64,000 nucleotides of DNA, from positions 32,001 to 96,000 of the IMG/VR virus record IMGVR_UViG_3300009285_005282. The stretch is one strand, 5' to 3'. The notes beneath the pieces are model-generated. The model saw only the letters and a list, made by a program, of their open reading frames with translations, did no database searches and was not told the DNA's origin. A program made the position numbers and the translations under genes. How positions within the stretch are numbered: the first letter of the stretch is position 1; each line of letters starts with the position of its first letter. This document shows, piece by piece, positions 19,401 through 28,657 of this stretch. Source of the stretch: a virus.

Positions 19401-20981
19401 CGCGACAACCTCACCACCTACCGAACCTACTACTACCCCACGGCGGTCGGGCTCGCCATCAACCCGGAGACTGACGCCCCGTACACGCTCGGGGACGCTG
19501 TGGAGCAGTTCGCGGCCCTTTCCGGTGGGGTGGTGGTCACTGACTACGTGGAGGACCCGACGTGGATCGCGCCCTACGTGGGTTCCGGCGACCTGCACGA
19601 GCCACAGAAGGTGCATACCTGGGGGGTGTTGGTCGACTCCGCGGTCTTCTCGCTGGTCAACCTGCTGTTCCTTATCGACTACCTGCGCCGGTACAAGCCG
19701 CAGCACACCGACCCGTTCTTCGCGGTCATCAAGTCACTGCACGACGACATCGACGTCGGTGACCCGTGCATGGTCGGTCCGGTGGTCCCCTTCGGGTACA
19801 CCTACCCGGACACTTGGGAGCCCTACAACTACCCGGTGGATTGGGCCAGTTCGCCACATGAGGTGCCCCGTGCACCGGTAACTTTCCACTCGCCGGTCAC
19901 GGTTCCTCCGGTGCCTTTGGTGTCCGACACCTACGGCGGACTGCGCCTTGCGGACGTGCCTGGGCGCGTTCCGGATGGTTCGACCTGGGTTCGTCTGGAC
20001 GGGACCACCCACTCCCCGACCCGTGCGGATGGTACCTTTGCGCTCAATGACATCGACGGTAGTGGGCACACAACACACATCGTTGGGGACTCGCTACTCG
20101 CGGTGAACGAGTTGTCCGACGGCGACATGGAGAACGGGATCAACCCCGGCGCTCTCCTCAGCCCGTGGCAGATGGTCGACGTCGGGGGGATGGGTCTGCC
20201 GATCGCCGCGGTAAAGTCGGCGTTGCAGAACCACACCCCTGGGGGTGCCGACAGCATGTACGTCATCTCCACCGGGACGCACACCGGGGTGGAGCAGGAA
20301 ATCGCCGTCGGGGACGAGGGGTGGCAGATCGGCGTCCGGCTGTGGGTGTATCTGGTAAGCGGGCAAGTGTACGTGCGGCTGTTGGACCAAGACGCCGGGC
20401 AGACGGTACTGGCCGAGTGGCGTCACGCGGTACTTCCCAACCAGTGGGTGCAGGTCACCCTGCACGCGTGGGAGCTCTCCGCGGCAGCTGGTAACGTTCC
20501 CACCCTGCAGATCCTTACTGGACCGGGCGGCGGGGAGTTCTACGTAGATGACGCGGCGGTGTACCACAAGCAGATGCCTTGGTCGCAGTGGGGGCTGAAC
20601 CGCTCTGTGGTTGGGCGTACCGGGGGCTACACCTTGGGCGGGCTGCCCGACGACGTACCTGAGATCACCGTGGCGGTACCCGTGGTTGGCGTGCCCACGC
20701 TCAACTCGGGGTTCGTGCTCAACGCTGCCAACTCTCCAGACGTCCAGCGACTGGCAGGTCCGGCCCCGGGACCCTTACCCCCGGCGGACTGGACCGTGCC
20801 GGGGGTGTCCACTACCCCCTGGTACGGCCCCTATGGCCTCCCGGTGGACGAGTGGAAAGCGGCAACCGGCTACGGCGTTCCTTACGGTGCTGCGCCGGAG
20901 CCGACATCGAGCTGGTTGGTAGGTGTGCCTTTGCCTGCTGGGTGGTACACTCGCATCGTGGGTCGGAGAACGCTGCAATGA
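16443..20981 (+). CDS. Large multidomain baseplate/tail protein (PKD-like, DUF2793-like, carbohydrate-binding-like modules)
   Basis: FDGRASYDPD...YCWT and GLYTVQLVVNDG (PKD-like); PPGGPVLGDTYLV...WVGHEGELATWDGLAWTF (DUF2793-like); NELSDGDMENG CBM-like start. Confidence 0.7.
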   Translation: MAVYGTFMYGGALYGTTPLPYSGVWDIFDFCEPTDAAMLLLLGYSGVRPARFGGVYSWFNGANDYVMASADGADSGLRVDVPVPSGTFSLQFTILPTDLPDDFADVEHARVQVGVFNAQGSCCVLFLSEHGGIAISDGTGSPTVLTDSADIFSAGTDYYTFRLTVNELTDVVHLYVTRKDVLAATGVSELRYTFAPFPTPAAEVDNVRIEILGSVADPVEIGLDCLKLSSSEVITDRCPVAVIAADRAHPLTRYAWFDGRASYDPDVPPAELVYCWTVTDAPMASALWTTVEGSSPADASGYTNILTGAVDAFSEVSEGDLLFGELGGSTVMRVATDGSWLALENDVLAASTTASWKMLRQALWGGERLTGTVMTDVLARLDVPPGGPVLGDTYLVVATAVGVWVGHEGELATWDGLAWTFAAPAARQMVFVLAELEAYRTTGPAPAYWYPDDPEPWELDCWEGRTTAVGVALGDTVGLYTVQLVVNDGFYNSTPAYALLNLYENTVPLGLVPDLSFIWNYLSDFWGLVEGKEFAETFWSAAAQLLTDELMRLWQDDYAKSLVDIQRSFQRRWLDYPLRYEEPSYVDLPATITTGYAASGYAATPVPVSVPGDLPVDAPRVYVMDPGTLPAGSVSGLLLVLDGIGYRISQAATDQVIVQDALPTTPSSAWLIDAAVTSRSSDFGLLGVTAGDTAVFEVQLATGETVEVGCHVWGVHGTQLSFDATGLAAYLADDSYQVLFKGVLRRSVIPLDDLVLDLPRLQEVINYRAVSGAPAPLESGHDFRLEPFTTFDGVEVNSVQLLNSYFIEQARGWTGYTDAFNHEFLYDTAVDFEVLFGVGADLTGYVLELDGVRYRLRQVVGANQIELYSSALALSQTGLAWHMRSVEVVPDQLWAEVTYLDNGDKIEAFGRLAGFTLDDWRSRTDELDYRSAVQGLWYYLWHGRTLENTRSASQVILGLPFAEVAGVVADVKSPFDSTRSRVLVQDRDNLTTYRTYYYPTAVGLAINPETDAPYTLGDAVEQFAALSGGVVVTDYVEDPTWIAPYVGSGDLHEPQKVHTWGVLVDSAVFSLVNLLFLIDYLRRYKPQHTDPFFAVIKSLHDDIDVGDPCMVGPVVPFGYTYPDTWEPYNYPVDWASSPHEVPRAPVTFHSPVTVPPVPLVSDTYGGLRLADVPGRVPDGSTWVRLDGTTHSPTRADGTFALNDIDGSGHTTHIVGDSLLAVNELSDGDMENGINPGALLSPWQMVDVGGMGLPIAAVKSALQNHTPGGADSMYVISTGTHTGVEQEIAVGDEGWQIGVRLWVYLVSGQVYVRLLDQDAGQTVLAEWRHAVLPNQWVQVTLHAWELSAAAGNVPTLQILTGPGGGEFYVDDAAVYHKQMPWSQWGLNRSVVGRTGGYTLGGLPDDVPEITVAVPVVGVPTLNSGFVLNAANSPDVQRLAGPAPGPLPPADWTVPGVSTTPWYGPYGLPVDEWKAATGYGVPYGAAPEPTSSWLVGVPLPAGWYTRIVGRRTLQ

Positions 20982-21700
20982 GGTTCAAGGACACGGTACA
21001 CGTCAACCCCTCGCTGCCCCCCGGTAAGCCGCGGCTGCTGCCGGAAGGGCCGTTTGGGGAATCCAACGTTCGCATCCGCCTCATCGACCCCAGCACGGGG
21101 AGGGTGGTAGAGGAGCGGAACGGTCACAACATCTTCGTCAACTACGGACGGGACTGGATCGCGCACCTGGTTGGCTACGACGTTGGGCACACCACGTTTC
21201 GGGATGACCGGCTGCGCTACATGGCGTTTGGCATTGGTGGTACCCGTCAACGTGTGCCGTCAGCGACCATTCGCGCTGCGCACGCTGAGTGGGCGGGCTT
21301 TGCCGACGACTGGGCCATCCCGCCGCCCGGTGTTGGGACGGCAGACGCGGTGCAGACCGACGAGGACCCCACGGTAACCGCGCTGGAGTGGCCGGTGGAG
21401 TGCATCGCCGGCAGCTACTACGATCCCATCTCGACCCCTGCGACCTTCCCGACCACCGGGGTCATTCGGTTCACTTCGGTGCTGGGAATCAACGAGGTGA
21501 GCTTCGGGGCGTTCGCCAGCGTCCCTATTTCGGAGATCGGTCTCTTCACCTCGGGCATCGTGGGGGCGCTGGGGACCCCCCCGGTGGTGCATGGTGCACT
21601 GCCGAGTGAGAAGTTCATGGTGGCGTACCACACATTCGACGAGCTCTCCAAGACCGCCGCGTTCGTGATGCAGGCGGATTGGGAGTTGAGGTTCTCGTAG
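20978..21700 (+). CDS. Tail collar/fibre-attachment-like protein
   Basis: ATGA coupling; HNIFVNYGR...YMAFGIGG...ISEIGLF...K..DWELRF pattern of phage tail-collar proteins. Confidence 0.65.
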   Translation: MRFKDTVHVNPSLPPGKPRLLPEGPFGESNVRIRLIDPSTGRVVEERNGHNIFVNYGRDWIAHLVGYDVGHTTFRDDRLRYMAFGIGGTRQRVPSATIRAAHAEWAGFADDWAIPPPGVGTADAVQTDEDPTVTALEWPVECIAGSYYDPISTPATFPTTGVIRFTSVLGINEVSFGAFASVPISEIGLFTSGIVGALGTPPVVHGALPSEKFMVAYHTFDELSKTAAFVMQADWELRFS

Positions 21701-21709
21701 GAGAAAACG

Positions 21710-23929
21710 ATGAGTTACGTTCCAGCAGCAACGTTGAAGGGCGCGTGCAACGCGCTTGTGGCGGATACCCCCGGTGGTGGAGTCGGCTCCCGTTTCATGG
21801 CCTTTGGGGAGCAGGCGGACGACGACCGGTTCAACCGGGGGGTCTACGCCATCGCGCTCAACTGTGACCTGCTTTACGGGACACGTGGATGGGACGCGGT
21901 GGTTGGACCTGCTGGGGATACCGACTGTGACTACGCCGGGGACGACGCCCTGAGCACCGCCCTAGCCGCGTTAGGGGACAACTGCCGCATTTTCATCAAG
22001 AGTGGGCTCTACACCCCATCTGGGGCGATAGACATCACCCAGAACCAGGTGACCATCGTTGGGGATGCCGGGGACCCGTCGGGTGTCGGAGGTGTCCGCT
22101 TCGACTGCACCGCGGGCAACCTGACCTTCTCAGGGACCCGTATCGCGGCTCAGAACTTCTACGTTGACCTTGGTGGCAGCAGCTTTGAATGGTCAGGGGC
22201 GGACGGTGTCGGACAGCGGGTGACCCTGACCGGCGGCGCAGCGGTCATAGCGTCTGGGGCGCGGGTGTTGCTCGCCGACTTTTCTGTGACCGGCGCTGTG
22301 GCAATCACCGGGACCGGCGTTGCCTGGGGGCGGTCGGAGGTAGTCGGTGACGTCGTCGTAGCCGCACAGCAAAGTGCTTTGTGTGAAATGACCATTACGG
22401 GCAGTATTCAGCTTAGCGCCTGTAGCTCCGTGCAGCTGTCCCGACTGACGGTTACCTCCTCCGCCAATGTTCCAGCGTTACTGCTGAACGGCTCCAACGT
22501 AAGGGTGTGCATCGACGCCTGTCACTTCGTCGGGAGTGGAGCGAGCCCCGCAAACCCGGGCGATGGCGCCGCGTTATCAGTGACTGGTGACAACGAAGTG
22601 GCCTTCCGTAGCTGCCACTTTGAGAGTACGCACTGCGGTATTTGGGCTCCAACGGGTAGTCTGGGACGGTTGCAATTCGCTAACTGCCTCGTGGTGCAAA
22701 CAGCAGGATTGCTGCTTGCAGCACAGCAGGAGTTTGTGCACTTCAACCTGGACGGCGGTGGGGACGGCGTGCTCTTGAGCAACTTCCAGATCGCGGCACA
22801 GGGGGATTGGGTGGTGGGGGCGGGCCTCTCCTGGGTGAACTTTGCCACCAACGTTCACGGGGACAACGTGGTGCTGGACTTCTCTGGCAATTCGGCGCCG
22901 ACTCCCGACGACGCGGCGTTGGTGGTGGTCGGGGACAACGCGCTGTTGGTGGGCGAAGACTGCCCGGTGGAGCTCCATCGGGTGCTGGTCCGTCCGCACA
23001 TCGCCATGGCGGGTACCGGGGGAGCGTTGGGGCTCGTCGAGGTTGGCGGGGTGGCTGTTATTGACGGGCTTCGTGTCGTCGGCATCGGCGGAACGTGGCT
23101 GCACCCGGTGTTGTACTTGGAGGGGCTGGCACCCTACCGTGCGGTGGTTCGTAAGGTCACTGTCGACGCCGCCAACTGGGTCGGGTGCGGTTATGGCAAC
23201 CCTCCCACGGCGGACACAGCGGTTCTGGCCACGGCAGCCCACCACGCAGAGTTGGCCGGTGTCGTACTCACCGACCCCGGACTGGTGGGTGGTGGAGCCA
23301 ACAGCTACAACGCGCTCATTTTGGTCGGCTCAGCGGGTTTTGAGGACGTGGTCATACGCGATTGCCGCATTGTGCTCAACACCGCGAATCGTTTCTTGCG
23401 CGTTATCTCAACACCGATCGGCGCTCCAATCGACGGTTACGATCTGAGGATTCTGGACAACGACATCTATCTCGGAAGCCACCCTTCCGGGGTTGCGCAG
23501 TCGGTGGTGTACATTCTCGGCAAGACCGTACTTGCAATCGTTACGCCTTTTGGCGGGGTCAAGTACGGAGTTATTCGCGGGAATCACTTCAAAGTCAACA
23601 AGATCGGCACTTTTGGCGGTTCGATGGAGATATGTGTGGTGCTGGACACGTTCACCTACCTCTGGGACGTTTGCGGCAACACGTTTGAGGCAGAGCTGGA
23701 TGACAGTTCTGGCGCGTATCACCTCGCACGTTTTGCCGAGACCGACAGCGTTGGTGGTACGCAGCCCGGCGGTGGCGTGACCTTTTCTGGTAACCGCCTA
23801 ATAAATTTAGCGACGGGGCACCTCCCGGGGCCAGGACATCTCCCGAGCATTGTGTTTGGTGGTGCGGTGACCGGACCTGCCGGGTGGGACCCAGCGCTTG
23901 GTGACTACGCTCAAGCGTACTTTGTGTAG
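21710..23929 (+). CDS. Tailspike with parallel beta-helix (pectin-lyase-like) domain
   Basis: AGGAG RBS; IFIKSGLYT...IDITQNQVTIVG and repeated C-x-F / I-x-x-N rungs. Confidence 0.7.
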   Translation: MSYVPAATLKGACNALVADTPGGGVGSRFMAFGEQADDDRFNRGVYAIALNCDLLYGTRGWDAVVGPAGDTDCDYAGDDALSTALAALGDNCRIFIKSGLYTPSGAIDITQNQVTIVGDAGDPSGVGGVRFDCTAGNLTFSGTRIAAQNFYVDLGGSSFEWSGADGVGQRVTLTGGAAVIASGARVLLADFSVTGAVAITGTGVAWGRSEVVGDVVVAAQQSALCEMTITGSIQLSACSSVQLSRLTVTSSANVPALLLNGSNVRVCIDACHFVGSGASPANPGDGAALSVTGDNEVAFRSCHFESTHCGIWAPTGSLGRLQFANCLVVQTAGLLLAAQQEFVHFNLDGGGDGVLLSNFQIAAQGDWVVGAGLSWVNFATNVHGDNVVLDFSGNSAPTPDDAALVVVGDNALLVGEDCPVELHRVLVRPHIAMAGTGGALGLVEVGGVAVIDGLRVVGIGGTWLHPVLYLEGLAPYRAVVRKVTVDAANWVGCGYGNPPTADTAVLATAAHHAELAGVVLTDPGLVGGGANSYNALILVGSAGFEDVVIRDCRIVLNTANRFLRVISTPIGAPIDGYDLRILDNDIYLGSHPSGVAQSVVYILGKTVLAIVTPFGGVKYGVIRGNHFKVNKIGTFGGSMEICVVLDTFTYLWDVCGNTFEAELDDSSGAYHLARFAETDSVGGTQPGGGVTFSGNRLINLATGHLPGPGHLPSIVFGGAVTGPAGWDPALGDYAQAYFV

Positions 23930-23939
23930 GAGGAGAGCG

Positions 23940-24332
23940 ATGAACGAACTTGGAGCGGTGTTTACAGCCTGGCCGATCATCCTGATTGGCGTAGCGGTCT
24001 ACCTGTGCATGTACCTGTTCCTGTGGTGCGGCGCGTGGCTGTGGGCGCGGGACAAGCTATGGCTCCGCAAGATGCTCAAGACGCTCAACGTCATCGCGCC
24101 GTGGCTGCCCTGGCTGTTTGGTGGTCTGTTGGGTGCGCTACCGTTCTGGCCGCGGCCGGAGCTGGTAATGCTGCTGCCAACCCAGTACCAGGGTTGGGGC
24201 ATGGTCCTGCTGGGAGTCTTCTCCGGTGCGCTGTATGAGCGCATCTGGAAGGGGTTTCGGCAGCATCTGGACGCGCAGGGCATTGACCTGGACATTGACC
24301 TGCCGCCGAGCCGCCAGGGTAGTCGAAGGTAG
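23940..24332 (+). CDS. Holin-like membrane protein (3 TM)
   Basis: AGGAGG RBS; three hydrophobic helices, charged C-tail. Confidence 0.55.
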   Translation: MNELGAVFTAWPIILIGVAVYLCMYLFLWCGAWLWARDKLWLRKMLKTLNVIAPWLPWLFGGLLGALPFWPRPELVMLLPTQYQGWGMVLLGVFSGALYERIWKGFRQHLDAQGIDLDIDLPPSRQGSRR

Positions 24333-24388
24333 CCGCCCGGTGGGGGAGTGAGCGCGGTGCGTGAGTAGCAGGCGCACCTAAGGAGGAA

Positions 24389-24955
24389 GTGATGAGTGAA
24401 CTGGCCGAGAAGGTGCTGCTCGCGCGGCGCAGTGGTAACGGTGCTCCCGTGGAGCTTACACGGAGGCCGCCTTTCGACGACTATACCAACGACGATTGGG
24501 AGAGGCAGGAGTACGCGCGGCAGACCAGGGGTTTGGAGGCTCCTGCTGGAATGCGTCTTGGTACCTACGACGAATGGGAGGGTCCTGAAGGAGTCGGAAG
24601 TCAGTATTGGACCCCCCGCGGGACCGCCGTCAGTGTGCTACCGCTGGACCCGCACGAGCGGCGGGCGGAGTATCTGCGTGCCACACGCGGCCATCCGACG
24701 GCGCTTGGCGTCGCAATGGGTGTGGGTGGTGGGCTCGTGGGATCGGTCTTTGGCCCACGGGCGGCGGCGACTGGCGCGCTTATCGGGGCCGGAGTTGGGC
24801 TCGGCGGTGGCTACCTGGTGCGACATCGGGTAGGACGGGGTATCCACCAATGTGCGCTAGAGGAGCAAGCGCAACGCGAATCCACGCCATCGGTGAAGAC
24901 CGCGTGCTGGCGGGGGTTCACCACCGAGTTGCTACGGATGTCGAGGCCCGCGTGA
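24389..24955 (+). CDS. Glycine-zipper putative virion protein
   Basis: GVAMGVGGGLVG...GALIGAGVGLGGG; C-terminal VKTACWRGFTTELLRM. Confidence 0.65.
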   Translation: MMSELAEKVLLARRSGNGAPVELTRRPPFDDYTNDDWERQEYARQTRGLEAPAGMRLGTYDEWEGPEGVGSQYWTPRGTAVSVLPLDPHERRAEYLRATRGHPTALGVAMGVGGGLVGSVFGPRAAATGALIGAGVGLGGGYLVRHRVGRGIHQCALEEQAQRESTPSVKTACWRGFTTELLRMSRPA

Positions 24956-25278
24956 CCTGGTGGGGGCGCTGGAAGTCGTGGTGGGCGGCCAACTGGAAGT
25001 GGGTGGTGTTCCCTGTCGGGGTAGCCTCAGCTATCATAGGGGTCGTAGCGGCCGTACTCCGGCCGAGACCGGTGTCGAGACCACCTGAGCCGGAGAGGGT
25101 CCGGTCGGTGTTGGAGCAGCTCCGCACCGCCGACGCCGAACGGCGCAGCAAGGTTGAGGAGCTGGAACGGGAGCACGCTGAACAGTTGCGAACCATGTCT
25201 GAGGAACAGCTGGTGCAGTTGGAGCAGCTCCAGGATAAGTCATTGGAAGAGGTTGTTGAGTGGTTCAACAACCTGTAG
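24952..25278 (+). CDS. Inner-membrane spanin (Rz)-like protein
   Basis: GTGA coupling; N-terminal TM followed by a coiled coil. Confidence 0.5.
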   Translation: MTWWGRWKSWWAANWKWVVFPVGVASAIIGVVAAVLRPRPVSRPPEPERVRSVLEQLRTADAERRSKVEELEREHAEQLRTMSEEQLVQLEQLQDKSLEEVVEWFNNL

Positions 25279-25328
25279 CCCGCCGCCCAGTACGGGTGCG
25301 CGCTGGATCGAGATGAGAGGAGAGAACC

Positions 25329-27941
25329 ATGGGCGACACGTTTTTTGTCCCGTATGAGCGAGCGAAGATCGCTCACCTGATTCAGGGCGGCGGCAAGGGC
25401 GGCGAGATCCGTGACTTGCGTGAGGACCTGGAGCGCGCTTTCGGCCGGGTGGGCTCGGCGTTCGACGCGCTCAACGAGAAGGCGCCGGTGCGCCTTTGCA
25501 CAGCGGCGGCGCTCAACCTCTACACCGTGGCCGGGTCGGGTGACGGGAAAACCCTGACGCAGAGCGTCGCCGCGGTCGAGAACATCGACGGGGTGGCCCC
25601 GGTAGTTGGAAACCGTGTCCTTGTCAACAACGCCGGGACCGCGACCGCTGCCGACCGCGGCATCTACACTGTCACGACCGTAGGCACGGTGGCTGTCCGG
25701 CAGGTACTGACTCGGGCAACCGACGCCGACGATAATGCGGACGTGACCTCGGGCATGGGTGTACGGGTGCTGGCGGGATCGACGCTGGCGGGTCACCACT
25801 TCTACCTCTCGACCGCCAACCCCATCGTGGTGGACACCGACGGTCTCTCCTTCACCGAGGATGACCCGGGGTTTCACGCCTCGCGGCACATCTTCGGCGG
25901 CCTGGATGTGGTAGACGGCGACCGACTGGTCATCACCTGGACCCCCACTACCTTCACCAGGACGCTGGACATTGGCGGGCTCGCTGGCGACCTGACCGCG
26001 CTAACCGCGCATCTCAACGGCATCGACCTCTACGCGGCCGGGTTGACCTCCAGCATCGCGCTGATCAACGCCACTTTGGCCGCACGGGATCGCAAGGAGA
26101 GCGCCCGGCTCTGCACCGCGGCAGCGCTCGGCCTCTATACCGCCTCCGGTGGTCCGGGTCTCGGGCGTACGCTGACTCAGAACGGTGCGGGGGTGCAAGA
26201 GGACATCGACGGCACTGCGGTAGTGGTTGGGGATCGTATCCTCGTCAATGACACAGGTACCGCGACCGCTGCCGACCGCGGTATCTACACCGTGGACACG
26301 GTGGGCGCCCCCGGGGTGCCCCAGGTGCTGGTCAGGGCTACCGACGCCGACGACGATGTAGAGGTCACTTCGGGCATGTTCCTTCGGGTCACTGAAGGCG
26401 CGACCTTGGCGGATACGGTGTGGCACCTGACCACCAACGATCCTATCGTGGTGGACACCGACGGTCTTTCCTTCTCCAGTCTGCCCAACGCGCACGCTGC
26501 CACCCACACGGTCGGAAGCACCGACGTCGTGGATGGTGACGAGGTGGACATCACCTGGACCCCCACTACCTTCACCCGTACCGTAGACGTCGGGGGGCTG
26601 GCCTCGGGGCTAACCTCGCTGACCGCACATCTCAATGGCATCGACCTCTACGCCGGCAGTCTGGCCTCCAGCATTGCGCTGATCAACGCGACCCTGGCAG
26701 CGCGGGATCGTAAGGAGAGCGCGCGGCTTTGCACCGCGGCGGCGCTCAACGCCTACACCGCTTCTGGCGGCCCGGGGCTTGGGCACACCCTGACTCAGGA
26801 CGGTGCTGGGGCGCAGGAGGACATCGACGGCACCGCGGTGGTCGCCGGTGACCGTATTCTGGTCAATGACACGGGCACCGTGACCGCCACCGACCGTGGT
26901 ATCTACACCGTGACTGTAGCGGGCGCCTTCGGGATACCCCAGGTGTTGGTCCGGGCTACCGACGCCGATGACGACGTAGAGGTTACCGCAGGCATGTTCC
27001 TCCGGGTCACCGAGGGAGCGACCTTGGCGGACACGGTGTGGTGCCTGACTACCGACGACCCTATCGTGGTGGACACCACCCCCCTCTCCTTCTCCAACCT
27101 GCCCAACGCGCACGCGGGTACCCACACGGTTGGGAGCACTGACGTCGTGGACGGCGACGAGGTGGAGATCACCTGGACTCCGGCCAACTCTACCCCCACG
27201 GTGGACCTTGGTGGGTTGGCCTCAGGGGTGACCTCACTAACGGCGCACCTCAATGGAGTCGACCTGCAGCTCGGGTTGCAGGCAGCGGATATCCTGACCA
27301 ACGCTGCGGGTATCGCCGCGCTCAACGCGCACTCCGCCTTCCCGGAGATTTGGGGTGTCCGGCCAGACGTGGCTCCCACCTTGGCGGTGGACGGCAGCGC
27401 GAACTTCAGGCTGATCGGCGCTGCGTTCCTGCAGGGGCAGAGCTTCTCCCATTTGGCTATCGGTGGCCTCGACATCATCGCCGAGGAACCGGGGGTAGGC
27501 GGGGACAGTATCTCGGTCGAGGTGGTGGACACCGGAATAGGTGGTCTGGCGATCACCTACGTAGGCGGAACTTTGTCCATCGACCAGGGCGGCTCCGGTT
27601 CCAATGAGGACGCGGTTGCCGTCGCAATCAACGTCGGCGCAGCGCTGTGGACGGGGGTGTTGCGCGCCAACAGTCTCGGTGGCGGCGCAGTCCCGGTCAC
27701 GGCGCTCACCCCCCTGGCTGGTGGTCTGGGTACGGGGCTGTCCGTTTACTGCGGTGGCGTGCTTGGGGCTCCGACCGGAGAGGCCGGCGGTCTGGCGCTC
27801 TCTACCGCCTCCTACACCGATACGCTGCTGCTGGTCAACCCAGCGAGCATGGCTGGAGACCTGGCTGCCAACGACACCGCAACGATCCGGGTGGTCAGCA
27901 ACGACATGACCTCCCTTCCCGTCACCGTGCTGCTGGCGTAG
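25329..27941 (+). CDS. Fibre/decoration protein with three tandem ~206-aa repeats
   Basis: RLCTAAAL...IDG...GDRILVND...DRGIYTV...RATDAD...GMF.RVTEG repeated three times. Confidence 0.8.
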   Translation: MGDTFFVPYERAKIAHLIQGGGKGGEIRDLREDLERAFGRVGSAFDALNEKAPVRLCTAAALNLYTVAGSGDGKTLTQSVAAVENIDGVAPVVGNRVLVNNAGTATAADRGIYTVTTVGTVAVRQVLTRATDADDNADVTSGMGVRVLAGSTLAGHHFYLSTANPIVVDTDGLSFTEDDPGFHASRHIFGGLDVVDGDRLVITWTPTTFTRTLDIGGLAGDLTALTAHLNGIDLYAAGLTSSIALINATLAARDRKESARLCTAAALGLYTASGGPGLGRTLTQNGAGVQEDIDGTAVVVGDRILVNDTGTATAADRGIYTVDTVGAPGVPQVLVRATDADDDVEVTSGMFLRVTEGATLADTVWHLTTNDPIVVDTDGLSFSSLPNAHAATHTVGSTDVVDGDEVDITWTPTTFTRTVDVGGLASGLTSLTAHLNGIDLYAGSLASSIALINATLAARDRKESARLCTAAALNAYTASGGPGLGHTLTQDGAGAQEDIDGTAVVAGDRILVNDTGTVTATDRGIYTVTVAGAFGIPQVLVRATDADDDVEVTAGMFLRVTEGATLADTVWCLTTDDPIVVDTTPLSFSNLPNAHAGTHTVGSTDVVDGDEVEITWTPANSTPTVDLGGLASGVTSLTAHLNGVDLQLGLQAADILTNAAGIAALNAHSAFPEIWGVRPDVAPTLAVDGSANFRLIGAAFLQGQSFSHLAIGGLDIIAEEPGVGGDSISVEVVDTGIGGLAITYVGGTLSIDQGGSGSNEDAVAVAINVGAALWTGVLRANSLGGGAVPVTALTPLAGGLGTGLSVYCGGVLGAPTGEAGGLALSTASYTDTLLLVNPASMAGDLAANDTATIRVVSNDMTSLPVTVLLA
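25470..27270 (+). repeat. Intragenic tandem triplication, ~610-618 nt period
   Basis: CGGGATCGYAAGGAGAGCGC at ~26085 and ~26703 (618 nt apart); a diverged first copy from ~25470. Confidence 0.85.
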
Positions 27942-28463
27942 ATGATGCGCGTCCTCCTTGCCGTACTGGCGCTGCTCTACCCCGGCCATGTTTGGGCGGA
28001 GTCCTGCACACCGCAGGACTACACCTCCACCACTGCACCGAATTTCGAGTGCCCCAGCCCCGAGGAGGAGGCGCTCACCCCTAACCTCTCCCCACCTCCA
28101 GCCATCCCTGTTCACACCGGTGAATGCTCCCCTGCTCCGTGGGACGGGGCGCTGGTCCACCGGGACCGTTTGGTGCTGTTGGGGCTGAAGCTCCAAGCTG
28201 TGCGTCGACTACGCTGGTCGGATACTCTGCGGTTCCGTGCGTTGTACACGGTCGAGCTCAACCACGCTCGCAGGGAGGAGGAGCTGGTCACCCGAGCGCT
28301 GGAGGAACAGGTGGTGACGTACCGTGAGCGCGCCTTGCAGGCGGAACAGCGTACAGGGAACGCGACGGCGTGGTACCGCTCCTGGTGGTTTGGCTTTGTG
28401 CTGGGTGTGGTCTCCGCTGGTGGGTTGGTGGCACTCGCCGCCTACGTCGTCACTGCGCTCTGA
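27942..28463 (+). CDS. Secreted, C-terminally anchored membrane protein (spanin-like)
   Basis: Signal peptide ending VWA, Pro/Cys linker, coiled coil, C-terminal TM WWFGFVLGVVSAGGLVALAAYVV. Confidence 0.6.
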   Translation: MMRVLLAVLALLYPGHVWAESCTPQDYTSTTAPNFECPSPEEEALTPNLSPPPAIPVHTGECSPAPWDGALVHRDRLVLLGLKLQAVRRLRWSDTLRFRALYTVELNHARREEELVTRALEEQVVTYRERALQAEQRTGNATAWYRSWWFGFVLGVVSAGGLVALAAYVVTAL

Positions 28464-28505
28464 CTAAGCGCCCCAACCGGCGCTCAACGTCGGGCTCATC
28501 CTCAA

Positions 28506-28545
28506 CTAAAAAGGTGCTGCCAGGGGGATTACCCCCGGCAGCACC
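28506..28545 (-). terminator. Rho-independent terminator ending the minus-strand block
   Basis: GGTGCTGCC(A)GGGGG-ATTA-CCCCCGGCAGCACC hairpin followed by TTTTTAG on the minus strand; at the convergence of two blocks. Confidence 0.8.
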
Positions 28546-28657
28546 GTAGCACGTCCGGCAAAGCTCTACCACCCGGCAGGGGAGTTCCAGGCACCGCCGC
28601 GGCAGGAGCGGCGGGGGCATTAGTCCCCCGCAAGCTGCTGGACACGCTCTGTCCTCC

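Noticed and set aside
16884-19706. Long minus-strand ORFs opposite structural genes (also 47764-48741 and 60580-61746)
   Set aside because: Expected shadow ORFs in GC-rich coding DNA; no motifs or RBS
25470-27270. Repeats as a diversity-generating retroelement TR/VR pair
   Set aside because: Repeats are in-frame protein domains, the differences are not adenine-specific, and no reverse transcriptase is present
28464-28657. tRNA or other known RNA family in intergenic gaps (also 49615-50023)
   Set aside because: No cloverleaf/T-loop, SRP, tmRNA or riboswitch signature recognisable by eye
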